Assembly: GCA_013214265.1 (NCBI GenBank) | Contig: JABSSK010000002.1 | Location: forward strand, 1-48,803 | Reading direction: 5' to 3' | Length of the DNA: 48,803 bases | Origin: Saprospiraceae bacterium | GTDB taxonomy: Bacteria; Bacteroidota; Bacteroidia; Chitinophagales; Saprospiraceae | Shown: in pieces, positions 30,101 through 38,227 of the stretch | Position numbering within the stretch: position 1 is the stretch's first letter | Layout of the letters: every line of letters starts with the position of its first letter | Notes under the pieces: model-generated | What the model was told of the DNA's origin: nothing | The model's input: the letters and a program-made list of their open reading frames with translations, nothing else | Database searches by the model: none | Made by a program: the position numbers and the translations under genes

Positions 30101-30343
30101 CACACGCTCAACGCCCGTAACGCCTTTCAGGTTTTCTTCAATCTTATTAACACCCCCTTCTTGTAGTTCTTCTGGGGAGGCGCCGGGATAAACCAGCTGT
30201 ATACTAATGACTCTGCTTTCCACCTCGGGGAAAAAAGTAGACTTCATATTAGTAATACCAGCTACACCCATAATGAGTAGCGCAAACATCAGTAAATTGG
30301 CAGCTACGGGGTATTTGATGAAGTAGGTTACAATACCTTTCAT
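27113..30343 (-). CDS. RND efflux transporter permease (AcrB/CzcA superfamily)
   Basis: 1076 aa. Internally duplicated topology of 1 TM, a large loop and 5 TM, repeated twice. N-terminus is typical of the family (FIKYPVAANLLMFALLIMG). Confidence 0.9.
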   Translation of the reverse strand: MKGIVTYFIKYPVAANLLMFALLIMGVAGITNMKSTFFPEVESRVISIQLVYPGASPEELQEGGVNKIEENLKGVTGVERVTSVSRENSGTVTVEIFKGYDTDNILQDVKNAVDRISSFPVGMEPPVIYKLENLGRAINFAVSGEIDLKTLKIYARKIEEDLLAKEGISKVELSGFPEEEIEIAFRERDLRAYNLTFTQAASAVRNANLEITGGTIRGDQEELLLRARNKSYTAEGFRDIIVKNNAAGAVIRLHQVADINDRWSENNPSRSFVNGRPAVVVTVQNTLEEDMLSIVEMVKAYISDFNTRENSVEAIIIEDASVVLKQRIGLLTENGILGFVIVIILLAMFLHWRLAFWVALAIPISFGGMFICASLLGVTINVISLFGMILVVGILVDDGIVIGESIYQEYEKGATAVEAAVNGTMKVLPAVFTAILTTVIAFSTFFFIDGRLGDFFLEMAIVVIFSLTFSLIEGAFILPTHVAHSKALQPNRQANRIQQRLEQGLNWLRTKTYEPILRFAMHNKFLTLSIFIGLLTMTYGAINGGIISGTFFPVIERDNLNIKLQMPAGTREHITMEWLDHIEKAAQEANQELSQQYFNNEKQAILRIEKNLGPTTYQGSLNIAILDGENRDSLRLRDVTNAIRQKAGSIQAAEVVTYGGAGTFGKPVSVSLVGDDYAALKDATNAVKNEMNQLTELADVVDNNQEGLREINISLNDKGRYLGLNLQEVLAQVRSGFFGNEAQRLQRGRDEVRVWVRYAQENRSDITELETMRVRFADGRSFPLGEIANFDRERGVVSINHIEGKREIKVEADISSDDVSVSDITSNLKEVIIPEVLANYPSVSALYEGQNREQEKSTQSIQSVGIIILALMFFSVALTFRSVSQSLVVFLLIPFSIIGVGWGHWLMNAPISLFSILGVIALIGVLVNDSLVLVTTYNSYLEEDKSQMEAVFLAGSSRFRPIVLTTFTTFAGLAPLLFEKSLQAQFLIPMAISVSYGLLAVTVVNLLLLPVFLIVANRFKVYASWLWNGVRPSNEAVEAAIRQDTSYEYLWYAFFVVIGIALAFSFFGNQIVALLT

Positions 30344-30365
30344 AAGGAAAATGATTCAGCGTAGA

Positions 30366-31538
30366 TTATTCAATACTTCCGATAGGGGTGGCAGGTGCTT
30401 TGTCCGTATGTTTGGTACCTGATTTTTGCTTTACAACCATACCATCATATGCATTGGGAAGGGGTGTGGCTAAAAGTGGGGTTCCATTTGGTAGACCTTG
30501 AACAATAACAGCTTCTTTGGTAAGTTTAATTACGTCCACCGGATGTAATGTCAGGATAGTATCCTGCACAGTAAAAACAGTATTTTGTTCGACTAGAAGG
30601 TTGCGAGGTAATTCCATGGCGTCCTCAATTGCTGGTGCTGCCACGTTACCCGTAAGGTACATACCTTCGCGCAGTCCTTTCCCGCGTACACGAATAAAAA
30701 CTTGAACAGTTTGTGTGCCTGGGTCAATCTGATTACTGATTCTACTAACAGTACCTGCCCATTTACCATTGATGTCATCAGATATTAAAGCAACTGGGTT
30801 ACCTTTTCTGATATATTTAAGTTCTGAAAGAGGGATAGTAGCTTGTAATTCATAGGATCCGGTATTCATGAGTTCGCCCAATTTTTGACCAACGCGTATC
30901 AGGGATCCAGGATTAATAGTTGCATTGGTGAGTACACCACTAAATGGGGCATACAGGGTATACTTGCTCAGCCTTTCTTCAGCACTTTTTATGGAATAGA
31001 ACTGGGTGTGTAAATTACGCGAAGCGATAAAGTACTTTTCCTGCTGATTAAGTGGTTCTGGGAATGGTAATAGTTTTTTCTCCAGGTCAAAATCATCGAG
31101 ATAGGTTTTCCATTGGTTGAAGCTTTTGGGGTAATCAATTTTAAGGTCGGGCATAAGCTGGGTAATCGCATTTTGCAGTGTCGCTTTTTGTGAAAGTAAA
31201 TTCAAGCGAGCTTCTTGATCATTGATGTCCACAAGAATGGAGCCTTTGGGGAAATAACTACCTACTTTGAATGGACGGTCCGTGGATTCAAGCGTTCCGG
31301 ATACCTCTGCAAAAAGATCAATTTTATCATAAGCGACGAGTTCTCCTTCAATGCGTAATGCAGTTGATACAGAAGTGTTGAGAGCAGGCATAACTTCAAC
31401 CATAGGAACAGACTTAGTTGCGGGCCTTCGAGGAGGTTCTTCTTTAAGTTGGCTGAAATATTGATTGACACCAAAGAAGCTAATCAAAATGACTAAGCCA
31501 GCAATGACGCCGATTCGTCGGTTTTTCGTATTTGTCAT
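30366..31538 (-). CDS. RND efflux periplasmic adaptor (membrane fusion protein)
   Basis: N-terminal anchor helix, then lipoyl/hairpin/beta-barrel order typical of the HlyD_D23 family. Lies 22 bp upstream of the RND permease. Confidence 0.85.
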   Translation of the reverse strand: MTNTKNRRIGVIAGLVILISFFGVNQYFSQLKEEPPRRPATKSVPMVEVMPALNTSVSTALRIEGELVAYDKIDLFAEVSGTLESTDRPFKVGSYFPKGSILVDINDQEARLNLLSQKATLQNAITQLMPDLKIDYPKSFNQWKTYLDDFDLEKKLLPFPEPLNQQEKYFIASRNLHTQFYSIKSAEERLSKYTLYAPFSGVLTNATINPGSLIRVGQKLGELMNTGSYELQATIPLSELKYIRKGNPVALISDDINGKWAGTVSRISNQIDPGTQTVQVFIRVRGKGLREGMYLTGNVAAPAIEDAMELPRNLLVEQNTVFTVQDTILTLHPVDVIKLTKEAVIVQGLPNGTPLLATPLPNAYDGMVVKQKSGTKHTDKAPATPIGSIE

Positions 31539-32221
31539 GCGGATTTATTTGTGAACGATAATGACCGATTTTAGCCATTATGGTATGGATTATTATGTGA
31601 ATCGTATTCTATGCTTTCATTTTAAATTAAAAGATCCTGTAATTGCCTACGAATGTCACATTATTTACACGTACCAATATTCGGCAAAAGTACATTTTTA
31701 TGTGATTCAGGTCCTTATTTAGTTACGTGTCCTCTGAAGCCTCTTTCTCTTTTTATCCAATTTGAAAACAACGCTGATGCTTTAGATATTTGGATTTGTG
31801 GTGCTTTGTGTAACTAGATCGTGTTAAAGGAATAATGATGTGGAAAGTAAATACCTCGGTATAATCTTAGACAGATATTTTAGAAATAGTTTGGATGATT
31901 ACTGAGGTGGAACGTGTCGTATCTTGTAGTTTGATTTTGGTAAATCTTAGTTTTTACGTGCTTATATGTAGGAGGCACGCCATAATGGAGGCAAAACTAA
32001 TTAATTCTTATCTTAATAAAAGATAAGGTGAATTCCTGAAGCATAGTCTTCAAGCTAGCTGATATAAAACAGCAAGGCAAATTATTTGTTTATGAGCTCT
32101 TTTTTGAAATGGGTATGAAAAGAAAAAGGCTCCCGAAGCAGTGACTTGGCTAAACCCATATTTATGCAATGGGGTACGATTCACTAACATCAGGAACCTC
32201 TCTGGTGATTTTTAATGTATT

Positions 32222-32518
32222 TTAATTAAGTGAGAACTCATGAACAATTTCAGAAGAATCATGAAACATAAGTTCAGAAATATAGGGATCCAGGTGATCA
32301 CTTAGTGGCATAGTCGCGATAGCTTCTAGTACCTCAAATTCGGATTCAGCATCCATGATCATCCAGAGAACAGAACGATCCATAGCTAAAGCATAGGTTC
32401 GTACTTTCCCTTCTAGCAACAAACGATCAATCATCATTCTCTGCTCAGGAATAAGAGCCACAAACTCCTCGGATAATTCTTCCGGAAGCTCGAACTCCAC
32501 CATAAAAGATTTTTTCAT
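32222..32518 (-). CDS. Muconolactone-isomerase-like small protein (99 aa)
   Basis: Start trimmed to MKKSFMVEF. The FMVEFELP...EQR...LLLEGKV...WMIMDAESEFEV...MPL pattern matches the ferredoxin-like MIase-fold family as I recall it. Confidence 0.55.
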   Translation of the reverse strand: MKKSFMVEFELPEELSEEFVALIPEQRMMIDRLLLEGKVRTYALAMDRSVLWMIMDAESEFEVLEAIATMPLSDHLDPYISELMFHDSSEIVHEFSLN

Positions 32519-32825
32519 AGAACGTTCAGTTATTACTTGATCATAAAGTACAGAAAAAAGACAAGTATATTCCATTTAGCATGGCTATTAATGAAAACTT
32601 AACGACTGGTTCGTCAGGAAAGTCTATCAATTAACCTAAGGCCAAAGTATAGTCTTGTTTTGTCAAATAGTATACCAGCAGCATTAATGCGACAATCTGG
32701 CTGATAATTTGGTTGATGTAAATGTTTTATGACGGATTGGCATAATTTATTGGTGTATGGATAACTTTTTGAAATTGGTGTACATTATGCTTTATTATAT
32801 TAGCGTTGTTACTAAAAATACGGTT

Positions 32826-34577
32826 ATGCGGTACATACTCATCTTTTTCGTTTTACTTTTTAGTACGTCATATTCCGGCAATTGTCAGGACCAATCGTAT
32901 TATACGATCAATCTAGGAACCTTTGTCAATGCTAAATCTGATGATTTTCAAGGTTTAAAAGGTCTTGGGTTTGTTCACGCTGATCAGATGGATCAGAATT
33001 TGTTCCAAATTTATATTGGGGGATTCTCTAACCAGTCAGCAGCAGATGATATGTTGCGCAGGGTACGCAATGCAGGTTACACAGGAGCTTACACACAAGC
33101 ATTCAGTTCATACAACGGAAAGCCAATGGTAGTCATTCAGCTTGCTACTTTGGACGCTAGAAAGGATATTGACTGGAGCAGATATATGGATGCTGGACCC
33201 CTTTCTGTGCAGCTTGACGGGAATACAATTAAAATGCTTACTGGACCGTATGCTGATGTTTCGAATGCCCGCAATGCAGTAAGGGTCATCCAACAGAAAG
33301 GTTTTAAAGGTGCTTTTATCCGCAGGGTAAATAGCATTTTTTTGCATAAAGTAGGAACTTTTGAAACGGGGGTTCAAATGGCTAAACGACCTCTTATACC
33401 ATTACAGGTGACCGAGGAACCAAAGGCACAATCTTCGCAACCGACGCCTGCGAGTTATGGTCTTGATCCAACTCAAGCTGCTGGGCAAAATATGGGTGTT
33501 AGAGGTAATACTGGAGGAGCAAGTGCGATGCTTACAGTAAAGGCTCCAGCTAAGGAAATACCAACAGTTGAGCTGCCCTACATTCGACCAAAGATCAAGC
33601 GCAGATCAGCGCTTGATCTGCAAATAGCATTAAAAAAAGAAGGAGTTTATACTGGTAGTCTAGATGGCATGTATGGACCAGTTACTAAGACGGCATATGA
33701 AAAAGCTCGGGAGAAAAATCCACAACTAAAGAAGTATCAATTATTAGGGGAACAGGGTCTATGGAATACGTCGGATGTAGAAGAAAGTATTCTACAAAAT
33801 GCTATTGATCAGTTGCCTGAGTCTTCATCTGCTTTATCGGTTCTGGAACGTTATGATGACCCTATTGCTAAGGGCTATCGTGCCTATTGGTTGTTTAAAT
33901 CATCAGGACCGTCCCCGGAGGTAAATACACTGATGAATCAAGCCTTAACCACTGCTTTTAAGCAAGTAAATTTTTTGGGAATGCCTTCATTTGATCCGAA
34001 TGCTACCTATGCCTACCAACGGTTGGATCAATTAATTCAGCATGTATATTATTTACATGCAGTTCCCAAATCCCCTTATGCTGCTCCGTGCTGGCTTCCA
34101 AATACACACCCGAATGAAGCGGCTCAAGCACAAGCTAGTTTTTCACAATCAGGTTCTGCACTACGACCAAGGGTGAGGGACTGCGATGTCATTTCTAAAT
34201 GGCCTTCTGTACAGACTTTACTAGCTATTGCTTCAGATTTAAATGCTGACCCGATGATGGATGCTTCAAAATGGGGTCAGGCTAATGCTTTGCGTGCCCA
34301 ACTCTTTTTGTCAAAAGATGCGGTGTCGCCTGATATGGTGAAAGTAGTTACAGCTTGGAGTAACCGGTTGTGGAAGGGACTCAATGCTTGGGCTAAACAA
34401 GACCCTTTACATGATAGATTGGTTTCAGCTATGAAATTGAGCTATTTTCAAACACAGGTTTTACTGGAAGATTATTACATTAATATGGGCTTCAAGGAAC
34501 AGGAAGCTAAAGATAAATCACTAGTAACTATGCGTACTTTAGTGGGGTATCAATTGGAACGATTTACCCGATTATAG
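32826..34577 (+). CDS. Secreted SPOR-like / peptidoglycan-binding (PG_binding_1) protein with uncharacterised C-terminal domain of about 280 aa
   Basis: Start trimmed to MRYILIFFVLLF (ATG 32826). Two SPOR-like modules (YYTINLGTF...IYIGGFSNQSAADDMLRRVRNAGYTGAY; VVIQLATL...MLTGPYADVSNARNAVRVIQQKGFKGAFI). PG-binding helix pair LQIALKKEGVYTGSLDGMYGPVTKTAYEKA. Confidence 0.65.
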   Translation: MRYILIFFVLLFSTSYSGNCQDQSYYTINLGTFVNAKSDDFQGLKGLGFVHADQMDQNLFQIYIGGFSNQSAADDMLRRVRNAGYTGAYTQAFSSYNGKPMVVIQLATLDARKDIDWSRYMDAGPLSVQLDGNTIKMLTGPYADVSNARNAVRVIQQKGFKGAFIRRVNSIFLHKVGTFETGVQMAKRPLIPLQVTEEPKAQSSQPTPASYGLDPTQAAGQNMGVRGNTGGASAMLTVKAPAKEIPTVELPYIRPKIKRRSALDLQIALKKEGVYTGSLDGMYGPVTKTAYEKAREKNPQLKKYQLLGEQGLWNTSDVEESILQNAIDQLPESSSALSVLERYDDPIAKGYRAYWLFKSSGPSPEVNTLMNQALTTAFKQVNFLGMPSFDPNATYAYQRLDQLIQHVYYLHAVPKSPYAAPCWLPNTHPNEAAQAQASFSQSGSALRPRVRDCDVISKWPSVQTLLAIASDLNADPMMDASKWGQANALRAQLFLSKDAVSPDMVKVVTAWSNRLWKGLNAWAKQDPLHDRLVSAMKLSYFQTQVLLEDYYINMGFKEQEAKDKSLVTMRTLVGYQLERFTRL

Positions 34578-34622
34578 TATGGACTTCGTTTAAGTAGGCG
34601 GCCGTAAAATGGTGATATTGTA

Positions 34623-35165
34623 TTATTCATCACGAACAGCTTCGAATCGTAAGTTTAGCCGTGATGAAATTCGGGTTGGTGATATTTCATTCAAGAACAG
34701 CCATACTTCCAGTTTGAATCGTTGTTCTTGCAGTTGTCTTTTTGCATTGATAAGGGTAGGAAGCAATTCAACCCGACTACCGGCGCGCTGGTACAAATCT
34801 CTTCCTTCGAGATAAAAAACCTCTTCTGCTTCCCTGCAGCTTTCTGTATTTCTGGGGCAAATGCGTATAGATATACCTCCTAGGAAGTCGTAGTCAGCTT
34901 CGTTGTTTATAGCAGTTAGGGTAGCACTACTGGGGCGAATGGCATCGATTTCTTCGATGGATAAATTGTTCTCTTGTAGATAGGCGTCAATATTAGATTG
35001 GAAATTATCAAGATCTAGGACTTGAGGGATAGCACTGGCATTAAGTCCCGCAGGAATGTCAAATACAATATTGGGATAAATCATATCAAATAGAACAACA
35101 CGTTGGTCACCCTTGCAACTCGAAGTTAAAATCAGTCCTATTATTAAAAGATATGTGTATCGCAT
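34623..35165 (-). CDS. Hypothetical lipoprotein
   Basis: Start trimmed to MRYTYLLIIGLILTSSC (lipobox). No family recognised. Confidence 0.55.
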   Translation of the reverse strand: MRYTYLLIIGLILTSSCKGDQRVVLFDMIYPNIVFDIPAGLNASAIPQVLDLDNFQSNIDAYLQENNLSIEEIDAIRPSSATLTAINNEADYDFLGGISIRICPRNTESCREAEEVFYLEGRDLYQRAGSRVELLPTLINAKRQLQEQRFKLEVWLFLNEISPTRISSRLNLRFEAVRDE

Positions 35166-35301
35166 TGTATTTATTATTTTTTGATTAACGAAGAATACAT
35201 ACTTCATAATCTGTAAGTGTAGTAAAATAACTATATTGAAATTATAACGTCGAACTCAAATTATGTGACATTCTTCATGTCTGCACCCTTAAATAAATGT
35301 A

Positions 35302-37224
35302 ATGGGGGAACAAAAAGTTACATCCATCGATAGAAAAAGTAAGCTTCATCGATTTGTTCGTTCTTTATTGAACGATGTTGAAGCAATGGAGTATATGCTT
35401 GAACACAATTGGTTTGAAGATGATCCCATTCGGATTGGGGCGGAGCAAGAAATGATTTTGTTGGATACCAAGACCTTCAAACTGGCGCCGATAGCAATGG
35501 AGGTGATGGATCAAGTAACAGAGTATCCTTGGATAGAAACGGAATTAGCTAGGTTTAATCTCGAAATTAATCTGTATACAAGCATATTTAGTGGTTCTTG
35601 TTTGCGGGACATGGAAAATGAAATACTAAAAAAGATGCGTATAATCCGGGAGGTGGTCAAGCCTATGGGGGCTGATGTTCTGCTAACCGGGATCTTGCCT
35701 ACTATTCGTAAATACGACTTAGAGTTACACAACCTAACGCCTAGGGAGCGATATAAGGCCCTTATGGAATCCATACACAAGCAGCTTATTGGGTCTGCTT
35801 TTGAATTACGTCTTAGTGGGATCGATGAATTGTTAGTGAAGCATAATTCGCCCTTGCTGGAGGCATGTAACACCAGTTTTCAGGTTCATTTACAAGTAAG
35901 GCCTTCGGATTTTGTTGGTATGTACAATACAGCCCAAGCGATAGCTGCGCCTATTATGGCAGTTGCTGCGAATTCGCCATTAGTATTTGGTCGGCGCTTG
36001 TGGCATGAAAGTAGGATTGCACTATTTCAGCAGGCGCTGGATGTTCGGACTACCCACGACCATATGCGAGAGCGTAGCCCTAGGGTAAACTTTGGATCAC
36101 AATGGCTTGATCAGTCGATCATGGAAATTTACAAAGAAGATATTGCGCGTTTTAGGGTATTGTTAAGTACGAATACGGAAGAGGATGCTCTGCAAAAGAT
36201 AAAACGGAAGGAAGTACCTAAGCTAAAGGCATTGCAAGTACATAATTCTACGGTTTATCGTTGGAATCGCCCTTGTTACGGAATAAGCGATACGGGGAAA
36301 CCACATTTGCGTATTGAAAACAGAGTTTTGCCTGCTGGGCCTACGGTGGTGGATGAGGTAGCAAATGCAGCTTTATGGTTAGGAGCTATGGTTGGGTTTC
36401 ATAAGCATCACTCTAATGTTAGCCAAGAAATGGCGTGGGAAGATGCACGGGATAATTTTGGTAAGGCAGCGCGAAATGGTTTGGGTTCAAAGTTTAGTTG
36501 GTTGGGAGACCGTAACGTCGCTGCAAGCGAACTGATTTTAGAGGAATTGATACCATTAGCCAAAGAAGGCCTTCAGGACCAAGGTGTGCATAATAACGAT
36601 ATTGATCGTTATATGTCAATAATTGAAGAGCGAGCAAAAAGGCAGAATAATGGTGCACGATGGCAAATTAAGGCCTATGGTAAACTAAAAAAACAGACGA
36701 GCGATGATGAGGCACTAAGTGTCCTTACTTGTAGTATCATGCTAAATCAGGCGAAAGAATTACCTATTCACACCTGGGAGATGCCTAAGCTTACCGATTT
36801 GGAGGATTACCGACCTTCTAGCCTCAAGGTTGATGAATTTATGCAAACAGATTTGTTTACGGTTCAGAAAGATGATCCGATTACCTTAGTTGCACAATTG
36901 ATGGATTGGAGAAAAATACGGTATATGCCAGTTGAGGATAATAAAGGGAAGCTTTCGGGTTTAATCACGTCGCGTCTATTGCTTAGGCATTTTTCAAAAC
37001 CTACCATTTTAAATGGTAAGAAGCCAAAAAATGTAGATGATATTATGATTAAAGCACCCATTACTATTTCTCCGAATGCGACTATTCTGGAGGCTTTGCA
37101 AGTTATGCGATCGAATGAAATTGGATGCGTGCCTGTAGTATCAGATGACGAGCTTATTGGTGTAATTACAGAAATGGATTTCCTTAGAATTTCTTCAAGA
37201 TTAATTGAACGTCTAGAAAAATAA
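35302..37224 (+). CDS. Glutamate-cysteine ligase family 2 (carboxylate-amine ligase)-like domain fused to a C-terminal CBS pair
   Basis: The N-terminal approx. 480 aa are collinear with the YbdK/GCS2 layout (GAEQEM, FQVHLQV, VAANSPLVFGRR, RWNRPCYG...LRIENRVLP). The C-terminus holds two CBS motifs (VDEFMQTDLFTV...IRYMPVEDNKGKLSGLIT; VDDIMIKAPITI...IGCVPVVSDDELIGVIT). Confidence 0.7.
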   Translation: MGEQKVTSIDRKSKLHRFVRSLLNDVEAMEYMLEHNWFEDDPIRIGAEQEMILLDTKTFKLAPIAMEVMDQVTEYPWIETELARFNLEINLYTSIFSGSCLRDMENEILKKMRIIREVVKPMGADVLLTGILPTIRKYDLELHNLTPRERYKALMESIHKQLIGSAFELRLSGIDELLVKHNSPLLEACNTSFQVHLQVRPSDFVGMYNTAQAIAAPIMAVAANSPLVFGRRLWHESRIALFQQALDVRTTHDHMRERSPRVNFGSQWLDQSIMEIYKEDIARFRVLLSTNTEEDALQKIKRKEVPKLKALQVHNSTVYRWNRPCYGISDTGKPHLRIENRVLPAGPTVVDEVANAALWLGAMVGFHKHHSNVSQEMAWEDARDNFGKAARNGLGSKFSWLGDRNVAASELILEELIPLAKEGLQDQGVHNNDIDRYMSIIEERAKRQNNGARWQIKAYGKLKKQTSDDEALSVLTCSIMLNQAKELPIHTWEMPKLTDLEDYRPSSLKVDEFMQTDLFTVQKDDPITLVAQLMDWRKIRYMPVEDNKGKLSGLITSRLLLRHFSKPTILNGKKPKNVDDIMIKAPITISPNATILEALQVMRSNEIGCVPVVSDDELIGVITEMDFLRISSRLIERLEK

Positions 37225-37272
37225 TTTACTAAATATTGCAAAATTTACTAAATCTACTTTTATTTACTATAT
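37223..37272. repeat. Three direct 12-bp repeats phased at exactly 19 bp (AATTTACTAAAT x2, TATTTACTATAT)
   Basis: Copies start at 37223, 37242 and 37261. Two are identical and the third matches 10/12. The first overlaps the stop codon of the upstream gene. Confidence 0.7.
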
Positions 37273-37459
37273 TGTTCTCACCAACCTACTCTTTATAATT
37301 ATTTTTACCTATACCCTACTACATTCTATGTCTAACCAGAAATAATGATATGGGTTACTAGCCTTAAGGTTTAAAGCTAATTTCTCCCCTGCTGTTATGA
37401 AGAATCCAAGCTATCCTAAAAATGGATAGACTTTAATTTACATTATCTAACATACTGAT

Positions 37460-38212
37460 ATGAGCCAGATTTATAGGTTTAAATTTTCCGGAGAAAATTT
37501 TAGTGTTGAGTTGGAATCTACGGATCCTTCCTTTATCGACAGTAAACTTCGTGATTTAATTAATTTAAGTATTAAGCAGCAATTGGATGGGACACAGACA
37601 TTAGCCTCAGGGGGCACTATTTCGGAAAATACAGTGAGTGCAGCTGTTGAAACGGAAGCATCTTCTGCAATGGAAAAAAAGGCAACCACTGTTGGAACAA
37701 CTGAAGTAGTTGAACCACCAAAACCTGCTCGTCGGGGTCGTAAGCCAGGTTCAAAAAATAAGCCAAAACCTGCTCGTCGGGGTCGTAAGCCAGGTTCAAA
37801 AAACAAAACGGCTACAAAAACGACACAGGCCAAAGCCGTTGTTAAAAAGGTAATTGAGGATACGGAAGGAAAAATAGATCCTAAGCAGGTGCTTGAAGTC
37901 GCAAAACGTTCGGCTGATTATCCAAAAATTAAGAAGTCTATTCTTCAGAAAAGCAACCAGCTTAATCGTATTCTTTTAGCATTTTACTACGCTCAAAAGA
38001 CCTATGGTGACCGTGGTTTTTCTTCCGGAACGATTGAGGAAGTATCTAAACAATTTGGAAAAATTATTCGTCGGTCAAATATTGCTGCACAAATAAAAAG
38101 TAAACCAAATTTATTTCATTCTGATCAAAAGCCCCGTCGCGGTGTTAGTGTGAAGTATAAATTGACGGCCGAGGGTGGAAGCATTATTGAAAAAGTAATA
38201 AAAGGAAATTAA
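37460..38212 (+). CDS. Hypothetical DNA-binding protein: two HMGA-like AT-hook-type repeats plus a possible C-terminal winged-helix region
   Basis: PKPARRGRKPGSKNK occurs twice in tandem. The C-terminal part (RILLAFYYAQK...GTIEEVSKQFG...VKYKLTAEG) looks wHTH-like. No enzyme motifs are visible. Confidence 0.6.
   Translation: MSQIYRFKFSGENFSVELESTDPSFIDSKLRDLINLSIKQQLDGTQTLASGGTISENTVSAAVETEASSAMEKKATTVGTTEVVEPPKPARRGRKPGSKNKPKPARRGRKPGSKNKTATKTTQAKAVVKKVIEDTEGKIDPKQVLEVAKRSADYPKIKKSILQKSNQLNRILLAFYYAQKTYGDRGFSSGTIEEVSKQFGKIIRRSNIAAQIKSKPNLFHSDQKPRRGVSVKYKLTAEGGSIIEKVIKGN
37718..37807 (+). repeat. 45-bp tandem duplication inside the CDS (2 units; first 41 nt identical)
   Basis: CCAAAACCTGCTCGTCGGGGTCGTAAGCCAGGTTCAAAAAA occurs at 37718 and again at 37763. 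The duplication is in frame (15 codons per unit). Confidence 0.95.
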
Positions 38213-38227
38213 AAATCCTTGCTGCAT

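Noticed and set aside
31985-32026. 13-codon ORF (MEAKLINSYLNKR) preceded by an AGGAGG-like sequence in the 683-bp gap
   Set aside because: It is too short to evaluate and lies on the strand opposite both flanking genes. Shine-Dalgarno-like sequences are not a reliable signal in Bacteroidota-type genomes.
33371-33395. GGTTCAAAT and GCTTCGAATCG (34631 region) T-loop-like strings checked as possible tRNA genes
   Set aside because: Both lie inside protein-coding ORFs and lack acceptor, D or anticodon arm complementarity. I found no tRNA-like cloverleaf in any intergenic region.
37718-37807. Tandem repeat considered as a CRISPR or minisatellite locus
   Set aside because: There are only two units, directly adjacent with no spacers, in frame within a CDS. 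It is a coding duplication, not a CRISPR array.
37471-37833. 120-aa minus-strand ORF with a repeated GLRPRRAGFG peptide
   Set aside because: It is the reverse-complement shadow of the 45-bp duplication in the AT-hook gene. The plus-strand frame spans a full 250-aa ORF with a plausible start and terminator.
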